DNA of 61,876 nucleotides, filler included, from Choristocarpus tenellus KU-1152 (GCA_964200185.2; 11 parts of 11 records of this genome joined end to end with filler, not necessarily neighbours in it); one strand, 5' to 3'. Shown: positions 1 to 13,733, counted from the first letter of the whole stretch. Numbers and translations are program-made. The notes: a model not told the origin generated them from the sequence alone.

Positions 1-574
1 GCATGCCCATTGATGCATACTCCAGAGTAATTTGTATCCTTAGATTTACAATTTTTGAATGTTATCCCATGTCTAATGAAATGAGAGTTCAGACATCTAC
101 CCAACATACTATGTGGGTGATTACCCCTCTAATTGCAACCTCTACCCCTGAGTACTCACCTAAAACTTCTCACTTCCCCTTGAGCCTAACCCCGGGCACC
201 TCTGTCACTCAATCCTTATTCTCCCAATGTAGGGTGTAGGGAACAGGGTCCAGCCAGGATTTGATTTCACAACCTCTGACTTTTTAAAGTATTTAGATAG
301 CACTCTTCCACTTGGTCAGACAGGTGCACAACTATCTGTCCAGGCAAAACAGTGTATGCACACATTTGACAACTAGCACAGGAGAAGGAACTGCTCTTCA
401 CTCTGTAATCCTAACATGGTAGTACCAACATAAACTCTACACCATACCCAAACATTCTGGTGCCAAACTTGCCCTAACGCTGCGAAATACGAATTAATCA
501 CCAAGGTGAAAGAACCCATCAGTAGGCGTAGAGAGTATATGTTTGTCCATCACCCACCATGCCTTACTTCTCAC

Positions 575-3127
575 CATCAAACCCTCTCTTCTCAGCCCAG
601 CGAGTGTACATCTTAAGGAGGATGCTTGTCCAGTCGCAGCTCTCAGTCCCGCCCGCCCCTGCCTGCAGCTCCAGGAAACAGCTTGACGATGATGCTTCAC
701 CGGCCCCCTCCAGCAGTGCCTCTGTCCTCAAGCATTGAGCCTCTTGCCTCAGCTCCCTGACCTGACTCGGTGTAATTAGCAGGACAACCAGGCGATGGTT
801 TCCTCTAACACTTCATGATATAGATAAAGTGTAGCAAAAATAATGAGTATTTCTACGAAAAAAAAAAAAATCGATTGTAATAGAGCCGCTGCATTACTGT
901 GAACATGACTAATAAATGAACGACTCGTCTGATGCGAGATGAAGGCAAATCCTTGGGAAGGTACACTGAATTCAGTGAAATAGACTTAGGAGTTAGGGTT
1001 TACAGATGGAACCACTTAAAGGTCAGACGACAAGCACAGAAGGGAGATTAATATTATTACATTTCTCACAGCAACAAACGATCTTTTCCTGATAGAAAAG
1101 AGACAAAAGTGCCTGCCAAGGCAAAAGGTGCCGTACAACCAAGCTAGGTAGTTATCGGCCCTTCACAGGAAAATACATTCTTCATTGATCACCCCCTCAC
1201 TCACTTTCTGCCTGCACTCTCTGATGAGGTCCTCCTCTCCCTCAGACAATGCCATTTCTTTCGTTTCATGAGGTGGGGGGGATGAGGGGCATGGTGGAAG
1301 CAGGGGTTGGTGCCCAAGGTTAGATTAGAGAGGTATTCCCTTGGTCCAGCAGCCACCCTCTCTCCCCTTTTCTTTTGAGGACTATTCTCGGTATGCTCTC
1401 CCATGTTTTAGAAAAGCAAAGCACTTCCGGATGGTGTTAGAACCAAGAAGGCTCAGGTCCTCTCCCTACACAGTTGAAAGTCATACTCGATAAACGGAAA
1501 GGTCTTCAGTCTCAAGCAGCACAAAGATATGAGGTATGTCTCTTGGAGAAATTTGTTGACAGCTTTGAGATGGAGGGCATAGAATGGCATAGTGGATGGA
1601 AATAACAATTTCTGTGCACTACAATTTTTCAACAATTCTGACAGAAGCCCTGACCAGGCATTCAATACAATGCCACAGACATTGGATTTTCAAGAGACAA
1701 TAATAAACTCTTTTCTATTCCTACATGCAGCAGCATAATCACTTCAAGTCATGGTGAGGCCTACCATGACCAATCTACTGAGAGTATGCATGTATGAACA
1801 TATTGTTCTCATCCGACCACATAGTCTTGCCCTATCCCCAAGGGATTCTGGTCCATCACACCATGAATTTCCTTCCAGTTGTCCAGCTCTGAGGCTAGCC
1901 TCCCCACCCCCACTAGCTTCGACTCCACTTGAGCTCTTTCCTTCACCACTTTAGCTGCCTTCCCACTGTCATTATACAACTCTGGATCTGCCACTTGTAC
2001 ATCAAGCTCTGCCAGACGTACTTCTAGGCTGTCTCGGTGGAACGTTGTCAGCCATAAGGTACAAGGTGTGTCCAGTGCAACGGAGGAGGTAGTTGCAGGA
2101 CCAGGAATGGACACGTCCAGAGGACGGTTTGAGATTACTGGTATGGGGTGAGGGGGTATCCAAGAAACAAATCCATCGCACGCATTACCTTGCAATTGGG
2201 GTGAAATTGAAAGGTGCGACAAATAGTATGTTTGCATTGGGTATCTTTCACCAATTGTGACGGCAAGACGGCTATGGTTGGACTTGTCCAGCGTGCAAGA
2301 TGTGGGAACCACAGATGGAGGAAAACAATGGTTAACAGGATCTTTCGATTTTCGATTAACATGGCACGACTCTTCTTCAGTCATGCCATCAACGGGAAAA
2401 AATAGCGGCATGAATCCTCGAGAGGCGAGGCTGCCCATTTTTGTATGTTGGTCAAGCACAAGCTATCTAAACAAACTCTATTTCAGACAGACAAGGGCGC
2501 ATGCAGGGATTTAAGAGAGGCGGAGTCTTAAGAGCATACAGCACTTAACATATCAGTGCCTAAGACAGTTCGCTGACTGGTAGGTGAGGCTGTTGCTGTG
2601 TCACTATGGTGCCAAAGGAAAATCCTCCAATACCAATGAGCCAACTGGGGCAAGAACATTTGGGGTCCTTACCTAGGAATGTCCATACGCCCATTGATTA
2701 TCTTTGCATATTGCTCCACCCGTGCACAGTCATCCTCAAACGAGCGCGAGTCCGCAGCTGCCTCCCGGTCCTGTCCAACTGAAAGCCTTCGCACAACCCC
2801 AACCCCACGATGCAGCCTTTCTTGCCTGTGCTTGCTACCAGTCCTATAACCGAGCCCCTGCCCCTGATCCTGCTTCTGCATATGACCAATTATCCCATGA
2901 CCAAGAGATGAATCCCACCTACTCGGTCGAGAGAGGGTAGTCTTCTGTTGTGGTTTGCAATGGTGATTTGCAGGAGAGTTCGTAGAGAAAGACCTCTTGA
3001 TACGGTCACCATATAACTCTTGATTCTGGGGCACAAGCATCATGAAACAAAGGTGTTGTGCTTCGTGCCTAATCAATAATCTCCTCATAGGTTGGACAAG
3101 CAATTCGCGCAAGGCGATTGCCGTCAT
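575..3127 (-). CDS. prfB: Organellar (probably mitochondrial) peptide chain release factor 2, 5' part; exons 3127-2673, 2028-1862, 1257-1205, 761-575; the rest is not identified and probably continues beyond the left window edge
   Basis: GT-AG, phase-compatible splicing gives ...[37 protein letters not shown]...[26 protein letters not shown]...[35 protein letters not shown], matching the RF2 signature AGAGGTE..DW..ML.RMY.RWAE.RGF. The start codon is uncertain. Confidence 0.9.
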
Positions 3128-3635
3128 CTTGCAAGACAGGAATGGGTTATGAAGGAGTTTTTAGGGTTTGGGGTTGGTTTGTCTTTCACTCTTCTCCCTA
3201 ACCCTAGACCCTTTTAGAAATAAGGGACTTGTTGGATCCTCCCAATCAATCTCAACTTGGGCTACTGCCAGCGTACATCTCACTGGCGAAGGCTCTATTG
3301 GTGGTGTTTCCTGGTCTCAGACAAGGTAGATGCATTTGCTTGCAGTCATGGATGCGGTTGCTGGTTCTTGTCGTATCAGGCTCCAACCCGATTTCTCTCA
3401 CACCAACATCTTTTGATGGTGTCGACGATTTTGGGACTAACGATTGGATCCCTAGAATTCTGAGGCTACCATAGTAGCATTCTGTAGCCCACAGCATGGC
3501 CATATGACTTCTAGATGACGTTCTCGACATGGTTGATCCCTTCATGATCAATCAAACTCACCCAAGCACTACTCAATACACCATTGAAATAGTAGAATTT
3601 AAGGTCGCTAAGTGCAAAGGTTAGGTGGAGGTACC

Positions 3636-5930
3636 ATGGCTGGAGCACAAACGGAAGGGAGAGAGGTGAACCTGGGCGTTCTGTCACTGGAGCAACTTAA
3701 TCAAGTGAAGACCCAGCACGAAGAGGAGGTTCAAACACTATCAGGAAACTTCATCAAGCTTCGAGACGCCCAGGTAACTGCAGACTTGATTCTTCCTTTG
3801 CTTCAATTGCTGCTAGCTCTTGAATTGGCTTGTCTTGTTTTCTTGAGGTTCCCATGCTGCACCTAGTTCCAAACGTTGCTGCCGATGTGCGGATCCCAAC
3901 ACTCACCATCTCAGGATAGGGATAAAACGCGCGATTGGTGTTTTGCTCTATTTCGTTACTTTAACTCTCTCCCCTACCAACGCTGCAAAACCTCTATTTC
4001 TCGTATTGGATTGGAAGGGGGAGGAACATGTTCTTTTGAGGTATGTTTGACACCCCTTCCCCATACATTTTCTGGTACATATCAAAACCCGAATGCATCT
4101 CGCCATGTCCTTCTCAACTGTCCCAGTCACGAAATTGCACATCACCCAAACATCCCTTTCTGTGCTTGCCCTGTGATCACCCTTGCTCTCAAAGGCCCGT
4201 TTTCAGGAGTCCATAACTGCCGTCGAAACCATGGGTTACAAGGCTGAGGGCAAGGAGATCCTGGTAGGTTTCTGCTTCTTGTTGAAGGATACGTGAAGTA
4301 GTTTGTTATACAAGGACAGGGAGCACTGTGCTTTGTATGACACTGGCATGATCCAGAGCATCCCTTAGCTCTCATACCGTGAAGGTGTCTATTTCCCATT
4401 AATTCTTTCCCTCGGCAATGTCATGCTTGCCTGTTGGAATTAATATGTATGATATGTAGTATGAAGTACGTTGCAGTTCGAATAAAGTGCTTACCGTATT
4501 TGGAGTGCAATTGGAGTTGATTTTAGCGTAAATTATGGGGATTTGTGTGGTTGCATACTCTACAGGACGTTCCCCAAGGATAAGAGGCATTGTGGAGATA
4601 GATCTCCCTTGTTGTACTCCTCTAGGTTTCAGTGCACCATTGTTTGGATTGTTTCATACATTTCTATCTGGTTGTTGCTTTAACATCGGTTTTCTACTTA
4701 GCGTAGGTTTCACAGCATGGGCCACAGTTACAGTAGTGTTATCTATCTAGCACCAGAAACTGTTAAAAACTTATTTAATACGATTGAGAACACTCTGTGT
4801 GATTGTTACCCAACTATGTGTTGCTATTTTGCAATGGACTCGCAGAACATGCTCACGACCAGGTTCATACTTGTCATTACTTCCCTTTGCTTTGTGGCAG
4901 GTACCTCTTACCCAGTCACTCTATGTGCCTGGGAAGGTTGTAGATGCTGATAAAATGATGGTGGACATTGGCACTGGGTACTACGTTGAGAAGGATCAAC
5001 GGCAAACAAAGGAGTTCTTAGAGAGGAAGGTATGCCTGCAGATGGTGCTTGATGACTCTGTCTATTCCTGGTCACCACACTTCTTGCGTTCAAATGGGGA
5101 GCTAAGTTTCACAATTGTTTTGTTCTGTTGTAATACATGTACAGGTATCTCTCAGAGTCACAGATGAGTATATCTACCTACCTTTTGCTAGACCCAGGCA
5201 ATTTCATAACACTTGTTTTTGTTCCTTTTGGTTTTTACTGTGAAATGTAAGAGCAATTGGGGTGACTGTCATTTGTCATTACTTCCGTGCTCTATCCTTA
5301 GACTTGGAGTCATGTGCCTCCTCATCAACACACTCACACCACTGATGTGGTGGTCTTTACTTCACCAGTACCTGTGCAAATATTACATCCATTGCGTAAC
5401 TCATTTCTTCGTAGTAGTAGGCAAGAGCAAGGACTGTGAAAGGTATAATATGTTTACCTCTTTACTTTTGACACACACGCACACTTAATTATGAGACAAA
5501 TATGTGTCTTATCTCGGAGGTCTTCTTGTACACGTCTGTCAAAAACAATACGTTTGATTGTGGTACTCGAAGAGATGGCTTGTCGTCATTTGAGAAGAAG
5601 ATCAAAATCATGCTCCTGTTAGTTTCTCGTTTGTTTCTCGTTTGTTTATCTCCTTCCTAAATGTTGGCATGAGGTTGATGGCGTGATGTTGTATGCCCAG
5701 GTGCCTCTGTCATGACGGTTCCCTCACGTTCCCAGTCCATGCATACATTTCGTGTGCCATTTTGTGCGTTTCCTTAGGTAGGAATTGTGACAACCAACAT
5801 GGACTCGGTGAGAGAAGCCATTGACATGAAGCGCAAGAATCTTGATACCATCCTAATGGTAATGAGACAAAAAATACAACAAATAGAGGCAAAAAGGGCA
5901 GATTTCAAGGCCAGCGAGAAGGGTCAATAA
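3636..5930 (+). CDS. PFDN5: Prefoldin subunit 5 (alpha-type), complete, 162 aa; exons 3636-3773, 4195-4263, 4901-5029, 5778-5930
   Basis: All introns are phase 0 GT-AG. The protein contains LSLEQLNQVK, GKEILVPLTQSLYVPGKV and VDIGTGYYVEK, which are hallmark PFDN5/GIM5 motifs. It ends at TAA 5928-5930. Confidence 0.95.
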
Positions 5931-7869
5931 AATGCTTTTCCTAAGGGGTGATACACATGCACTCTCTATTCCTGTAGAGCATACCGACTGCTTGGCATCA
6001 CACATGTGAAAAATATAAAATTGAGTTGTCACTGATGCGGTCAAGTGTCTTCAAAATTGACTTGATTTGATTTGATGCAATTGAGAATAGTTCGAATATG
6101 TATCACTGTCCTTTAGTTGGTCTTGGGGTGTGATCAGGGTAAGCAACAAGGTTTTGTGGTGCATGCCCCACCCATAGGTGCACGCTACACTCTACTGGGC
6201 TTCCCTGCAATTATCTGTGTCACTAGAGCCCTATGATATATATATATATATATATTGTATGTTGGATAGAGCAGGCATGGTGATTTTTCCCCCTTTGTGC
6301 TGGAGTGATACCAAGAGTAACAATATTATTACGATTCAGGGGGTAAGGAATGTTGTAGGTTGAGTGCATTCCATTGACTCGATGCAAGATTTAGGTCATT
6401 CCATTGGTCCAAGTGTACTCACTGTGGAGATCCTTGATGTAGTTCAAGTCTTGTTGTGGTCTTGCCTGCCTCCTAAACATCAAATGTGCTGAACTATTTG
6501 GAACCATGGGAGCACTATGACTACTACAGGATTTTCGGGAACAAGAGCGGCACTGGAGTCCTTACACATCCTTACACCTGGCAGGTACATTGGCTTTTTC
6601 TGTCTCACAATTCAGTAACAGCTTTCAGCTATCAAACACCCAAGGTCTTGTTCATGCATGCATACGGGCTGTGCCTTGTTGTGGGTCAACCTATGCAGCC
6701 ATTACCAAGACAAAAATATGAACCACCTGAGGACATCAGGAACAGCACCTAAGTTGAAGGAGATGTACACAAGATGAACGGGGATACCTTTGTTTCAAAA
6801 TGTACCTCTTTTAATAGTGCAGTATGACATGTGATGCCTTGTACACATGTAACCATATTCTTATGTCGTAAGCTCCACAATCATTAAAAACTAGGGTTCT
6901 ACGCTTGTAGAAAAGGTCCAGCACGAGTATGAGTTAGTTACGGAAAATGATAATTGCGTATCAAAGCATATTTTAGATGGACAAGTAGTGGGTGATGTTT
7001 AGACAACTTTGGGACTATTGGTTGTGTCATATTGAGCCAATAGGATGTAATTACCCGGCAACATACCTCAATTCTTTCAAAAAAATGCTGTTACAAAAAG
7101 CATTCCTGAGTACAGTACATATTATATTCGTTAGATAAAATGTTAACATCACGAAAAATATTCCCAAGGCAATAGCATAGACCAAAAATATATACTTGAG
7201 ATCGACCTCATCCTACATACATATACTGTCTGTGGGTGCACCAGACTAAAACAACTTGGTTCACTCCCCCATTGTACACACATTGAAGGCAAGCACCCAG
7301 ACATCCGACGACAAGTTTTTCACCTGCCACAATCCTAAAAATATACAATGGAAGCACAACAACAAACCATGCGCAGCAGCCTTGTAAAGGCTATTTCTGT
7401 GCTTGTAGACCCCTCACACTGTACCAGGTACCAGAGAGAACTGTCTCCCAATGTCTGGTCAGTAGAGTCCCCATTGACACTCTTCAGTCCAACGTATACA
7501 ATATTTATTTACACCTGTGTCAGTGACAACAGTCGTGCTCTGTCCCCTTTCACACATGACATGATGCATTGAGTCGACCCTTCCAAAACCAACACATTTA
7601 CATCCTACTTTATAGACTGGAGGGAGCGGGAGTGGAGTTCCTTTCCACACATCCACACTCCACACTCAAGTCAGCCCAACAAGAAAAAGAAGAAAAAGTT
7701 AATGATGTGACCACACACTCATCACCTCCCCTATTATTGCAGTCATCCCCTTCCCCACAATAACATACCTTGAAATATTGCTATATATATATATGTATAT
7801 ATTTTCAGTAGTACCAAGAATTGTTTCTTCACCAAACATTAAGACCAAGTAGAAGGCAAGACACACAAT

Positions 7870-9049
7870 TCACGCCCACAAGCACAGCATGCCGCCAGAA
7901 TCACAAGAAACAAGTCGCCCCGACCTAGTCGACCACTGACACGCCACTGCAGCCGCCTCATGGGACTCCAGGACCGCAGCCACACGACCAGAACCTGCAG
8001 AACCAGGGACCGATCCCCAGCCAGTCCCAGACTCTGAACCAACCGCGAGGTCCCAGACATAGACAGCATGGTCGGCAGAGCCAGCTGCAGCATGGGTGCC
8101 CCCAGGACTGAGGCAGGCTCGTGAGAAGGCGGAGGGGTTCCTGTAGTTTGGGTGGCGGAGGCAGGTAACTGCCTCATAGGTGCGAGCATCTACTAACTTG
8201 ACGTTCACATTCAAGAAGTTGTTTGAGGCAGGGAATGAGAGTTAAGAGGTAGGTAAGACGATTGATAGAGTTCACTCAAAGGGGGGAGGGAAGGGGAGAG
8301 GAGTCTACCATGAGCTTCGTTCCTGGTTTGAAGACAACAATGCCTGACAACAGTGGGAGTCTTGTTGGGTATGATAGGGACACAACATACTCTCATGGGG
8401 CTGCAAACGATGTCAACTAACACTGTACAGCACCAAATTTGCATTTCCCCACAAAAGTGATGGATGGTGTTCTAGTGTACTAAGACTATGGATTTGAGGG
8501 TTAGGGTTACCTCACTTCTTCAGTACGTTTGGATGCAGTACCATGGACTACAAAACCTCAATCATTTCTACTGAGGTACCAATTGTGTACTCTCTGGTCC
8601 ATACGGCAGCAGAGAACTTGTGACTAACTCTTTAACTGGGTCAGAATACGAGCCAAAACACTTCAGCCCCCGTAGGGCCTCATCTGGCCAAATTGTAGTG
8701 GAGAGTTTATTTCCACAAAAATAAAACTATAGAGCCACATACATACCAGGGCATAAAATTCTTGGCAAGGTGGTCGCTGGCCTATGAGATAAGAGTTTTA
8801 TTAACATTAAGGGGAGAAGGTATCCTAGTGGTTTGGTTTGACATGCAGACCAGTCTGTCTATGTGTAAAAATGTTTCCTCTTACACCATGTCCCTTAAGG
8901 GTTAGGACCTAACCCTAACCCTAACCCTAAGGCTCTAGAGCTTTACCCCCTCAGTTTTGGTATCCATTTGCAATCACCTTGAGGGTGTTGTCCTTGGAAC
9001 TAGTGAGCAGATAGTTGCTTGAATCCGTGGAAAATTGAACTGATGTCAC
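7870..9049 (-). CDS. ATG16: ATG16-like WD40-repeat protein, last two exons (9049-8978, 8196-7870); upstream exons not identified
   Basis: The spliced product VTSVQFSTDSSNYLLTSSKDNTLK-LVDARTYE...FSRACLSPGGTHAAAGSADHAVYVWD...LVSCDSGGMLCLWA* closely parallels the ATG16L1 C-terminal WD40 repeats. Confidence 0.8.
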
Positions 9050-9726
9050 CTAAGACAATCAGAGTAGGTATGGGGGCTCAATAGAATTGTCTTCTTGTGT
9101 AAGTAATGGGCATCATCTGGTCTTCCAACTGTAGATCAAGGTGGGACACTAACGTGATTATGTTCCTGATGGTAGGAAGGCATGAATGGTCCATGAGAAA
9201 GCACTACTGTTGATATACTTGTCTCATTGTTGCATGTTGTTCAACTCAATATCACTACCACAAAGAGACTTAGCATATTGCTGAAGTCCACCAAGCAGAT
9301 CGTACCCATAACCCTCAAAAAAACCAAATGAGAAAAATAACACTAATATCCAAAACACAAAATATAAACAATACACAGAAAAAAAACAAGGTCAGAGATA
9401 CACTCTTTTCTGAAGTACATTACAATTTACTATCAATAATAATCTAACGATTCGCCCATATACATTCATCGCAATCTAATCAAATATTAGAAACTCGGTA
9501 GAGAAGTACCTCATGTAGTCATACACACTAGCCCAAAGTTAATAGTAGTGTACCTGAACCATACAAGGAAACACAACCTGCAATCCAACCACTGCACATG
9601 CTCTCTGTAAGTACATGCATGATTTCTTACATCAAAAACACGTGGAAAATATTATAACCCTGTAAGCCTCTACAAAGTAGGCTCTCGAATGTCTTGTACA
9701 ATACAAAGGGTCAAAGTATCTGGGGG

Positions 9727-9826
9727 NNNNNNNNNNNNNNNNNNNNNNNNNNNNNNNNNNNNNNNNNNNNTTAATTAATTAANNNNNNNNNNNNNNNNNN
9801 NNNNNNNNNNNNNNNNNNNNNNNNNN
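9727..9826. other. Artificial contig spacer N44-TTAATTAATTAA-N44; identical spacers at 13324-13423, 17363-17462, 21793-21892, 29248-29347, 33685-33784, 45720-45819, 49306-49405, 51960-52059, 55669-55768
   Basis: Ten identical 100-bp blocks, each with a stop-in-all-frames 12-mer flanked by Ns. Confidence 0.99.
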
Positions 9827-10559
9827 AATGGATTGGATAACCAGTAAAATTCTCGTCCCTCGTGTATTGACTTGAGAATTCGCATTTACAGTTACCATAC
9901 TCCTTTGTATAGTCTGCATATCATGCATTGCCGTCATGTCGTAACCTATCGCTTCTTAAAGAGATTATCGTGTGTATGTGTGGTACAGATCATGACCAAA
10001 ATGTTTGTTTTATTGTTTAATTGGTTGTTTGTATACTTATTTTCAAGACTAGTGTCCCTTGGCCAGATCTCGTTGTACCCACATACTATAATTCTTTACA
10101 TAGGTTGTCCATCTAGCTTAGACAAATCGTTTGTGTGTCATTTTCTCATAGATGGGTGTAGTCTATCGTTTTGTGAAGAGATGAGATAACCGGTAACAGA
10201 TGTCAGTTAACCTGTTCACCACCAGCTCTGACCTGGCATCTCGTGTTTACCGGGTTTATCAATCCTTACAAATAGACTATACGTAAATGTTGGTGGATTT
10301 AGATAAATGAATATACGATTGATTTTATCTCTCAACTCACCTCGTTTGCATGAGTGGACACATGCAGCATTGAAGAGATCGTGTTATCACGGGGCATATT
10401 ATATATTAGCACGTGTGTGCTAAAGGTGGTTGTCATTACATCATGTCACGCTTTCATGAAATGGATTTATTGATTATCATGAAATGACTAATCCCATCCT
10501 AAAACAGGAAAAAATGAAGATTCAAGCCTACCACCAGGTAAGAGATGGAGACTTCAGGA

Positions 10560-11700
10560 GAGCCACACATGTTACTCATTTATTTTTTCGTGCGGCATGA
10601 TTCCCCTGACATGATGTAATGGCCGTACAGTCACCTCGTATCGTTTTAGGAGAGTTGAGCCACCAACATCGTACGTCCGAGTTGTCCACTTGGAATATTG
10701 TTGTCGTAAGTAATAATCCAATCGAAGTAGGAATTGAGGAAGGAGAATGGGTGCACACATTTGATCTCGTCGTTTGCTGTGTTGATTTGGTCATGTAACA
10801 TGCGATGTTGTTTTCACGCATCGGAGTGGTGATCAAATCATCGTGTAACACTTATAGCAATGTCGAATCACAAATACTAGTCAAATCGTGTTATTGACAT
10901 CGTGTATAGTGTTTGCTCCTTGTATCCCCATTCTGAGTGTATCCTCTATTTTATACAAGATAATAGAGACCCTATGTGCTGGCCACATATACCTCTCGCC
11001 TCGTCCTTAGGCTGATTGATATACTGGTCCCATACTCTCAGACCTCGTAAGCTTGTTGAGTTTGCTGACCACACACCATCAACCCTTAGGCCAATGTTGT
11101 CCTGATCAGGTATTCATTGTGTGCCTCGTTCATATTTTACACTTCATTTTGCATTAATGGAGTTGTGTAATACAATGGTGCAATGGTATACTAACAGTCA
11201 CACATGTTTCCCATTTCGCTCCCAGAGCTCACTTCTTGGTTGACCTTGAATCGTGTTTACATGGCTTCAAGGCCGATCAGAAGGGGGGGTGATGAGGAAA
11301 GCATATTTGTCTGTTGTTATACCGTTATTGCCGTATGTTATATACCGTTATACCGTTGTACTGATTGAGGTTCCCAGTCTAGCGTCCATGATTTCACTGA
11401 CAGAAGTTCCGTCAGAATGAAACCATGGAATCTCTTCATGTGACCAATCCGATAGACTTGGGACAGCTCGTCATTCAGAGTTGTCTCACATGAAAGATCC
11501 ACTTTGTTCTCACCCCTTGACTGATGGTGATGAAGCTCCATCTTATATGATGCTCATCACTTGTCAATTTGCACTTGTCCAACCTTACCCTCGTACCCTC
11601 GGTTACGGTTCGTCCTTGTTCGTCTGGTCCGTCTTGTTCGGTGATTCTCTTCACCACCCTTGCCTGAGTGAACCACGCCGCCACATAATTACACGATTCA
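10560..11700 (-). mobile_element. Possible highly decayed non-LTR retrotransposon APE-endonuclease region
   Basis: Broken frames carry fragments FILTE, VYVAST and RLDYY in the order expected for APE motifs. There are many stops, and the match is weak. Confidence 0.2.
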
Positions 11701-11928
11701 CAAAAATATGTTTTCTATCTTGAAATATGTACGTCTTATCTTTCATAGTTTTAATATAAGCTCCTTTGATCAAAACGGGCAAAATCTATCCCCTTGTGAG
11801 ATACTTTGATTTGTGGCGGATATGTTGGGTAGCCAGCCGACCAAATCGTCTCCAAGGAGTGTGCTGTTGAGATGGGTCAATTCATCCATAACTCCATGAT
11901 TTGTCGCCCTCAGATCGCACATCAAAAT

Positions 11929-12198
11929 GAGTCAAAGTATCGTAGAGGGTAGAGCCTCGTCCATTTGGGGGTCAAAATCCAATGTAGCGATTTTGATGTA
12001 ATTTTGGTCATTTTGTTTGTTAGGAAGTATCAATATCCATGTTCTAACCACACCTTTTCATAACGGATACACTTTACCTACTCCAAAACATTTTTGAGTA
12101 AGTAAATGGAGTAAGTACATGTCATAAAAAAACATAGGAAGCCAACCCCCCAATGGACAAACAGGGCAAAACTCGTACCCTCTAAGATACTTTCACTC
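11929..12198 (+). mobile_element. MITE family A, full copy, TSD AAT
   Basis: TIRs GAGTCAAAGTATCGTAGAGGGTA...TACCCTCTAAGATACTTTCACTC, flanked by AAT on both sides. Confidence 0.9.
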
Positions 12199-13256
12199 AA
12201 TACAATATACATACTGGAGTATATATTGGGTTGAAGGGAGTAATGCCCTATTTCCTAGCAAACTTACAATTAGTACGGCATAGTCAGAAATGCGCAGTGT
12301 CCACGATGAGCAGAACATGAATCTTACCACATGTACAGCCAGGTGTTACAGTAAACTGCATGGAAACTGGAAGGGATAACATTATTGATCACACCTAGGG
12401 CTCCATATACTATAGAGTAATACAGATGATAAATAATATATGTATTCTTGTAGCCTTGTCACCACCCGATCCCTCAACACTCTTTTCCTTCTTCTTGACG
12501 AATATTATCCAATCACATTCGTTTGAGGGGTTCCGCAGATCCGGGGTCGGAAAGTTAGTGAGAATAAGGTAGTACACACCGCTTGACAAAAGATACATGC
12601 TCCTCAGTATATATATTGCACAAGAAAAAAGCACTACTCTAATATTGTATAGAAAAGCAGGGAAAGAAGAAAACAACAAACGAGAAAGAACTAGTGTATT
12701 TATGAAATAAAACACAGAAGTACACCCAAATTTGAGATGGGGACACCAGTAGTGTCGACACATATCTCCAGGTCTTACGGGAAAATAACGAGAAAAAAAG
12801 AGATTTCAACCATGTAGGTACCAGGGTGTAACCAACACCATATCCAGGCATAATATACTATTATGGAGTAGTTGGAGTATATATTTTGTGAGAGGCCATG
12901 TCAAGATCCAAATCGTACCATTTTTTCTTGTCAAGCACGATCACTTACACATGATTGTGTCTATCCACCTGGTCACTAAAGGTGGCCCCTCAAAGAAAAA
13001 AAATGCTGAATCAGTCACGATCCTCCTACAATATTATTTCCTACAACTATGTTTTCTCAGCCTAGCCTGTGATCGTTGCACTGTCCCTCCATTCTTAGAT
13101 TATTCGACAGCCACAGGAAGAATCATTATGCAATTACTTCTCGAAGTATCTTAGAGCTCTACTTAACAGAGGAATACAGTAAGTTAGTTGTTTAGTTGTT
13201 GACTGAGCAAGAATGCGTACAATTTCTTTTATCCAAACTGTGACCTACCTATATTT

Positions 13257-13323
13257 AACAGCCAATTTCAAAAATTGAGGATGGAGCTTTTCATTGAGGA
13301 TGGGCTTGACCCAAAATTGACTG
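13257..13323 (+). repeat. Dispersed repeat, near-identical to 57740-57806; 58255-58333 likewise matches the reverse complement of 29172-29247
   Basis: The string AACAGCC(A/G)ATTTCAAAAATTGAGGATGGAGCTTTTCAT(T/C)GAGGATGGGCTTGACCCAAAATTGACTG is present at both sites. Confidence 0.8.
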
Positions 13324-13733
13324 NNNNNNNNNNNNNNNNNNNNNNNNNNNNNNNNNNNNNNNNNNNNTTAATTAATTAANNNNNNNNNNNNNNNNNNNNN
13401 NNNNNNNNNNNNNNNNNNNNNNNATGAAAGGACACTTCGTCCATGCATCCCTGCGCAGCTTGCCCTTCTAACTTGCTAAACAACTCCTGTCAAGAGTGTT
13501 TACTTGCCAATGTGTAGAATTAAGATTTGAAGTGTGCAGGTTGAGTTGATTTCAAGATTGGGTTTTTCTTGTTGGACGGATTTGATTCTCACTGCATAGT
13601 CAGAGCAGGGGAGTGTGTCAAGATTAAGCTTGACTATTTATGAGAATATGATTTGAAGTATTATTTTATGTACGCACAGAAGATAATGCGGGACATTCGG
13701 GATATTTAGTCGGGGTATTTGATCGGAAGTAAT

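Noticed and set aside
1809-2459. 216-aa ORF as a standalone gene
   Set aside because: Only 2028-1862 is coding (RF2 exon 2); the rest is intron read-through.
6530-6585. Isolated CAG...GT exon-like segment downstream of PFDN5
   Set aside because: It has no compatible neighbouring exons and no recognisable peptide.
9771-9782. Recurrent TTAATTAATTAA as a biological repeat or CRISPR-like array
   Set aside because: It is always centred in exactly 44+44 Ns, so it is an artificial linker.
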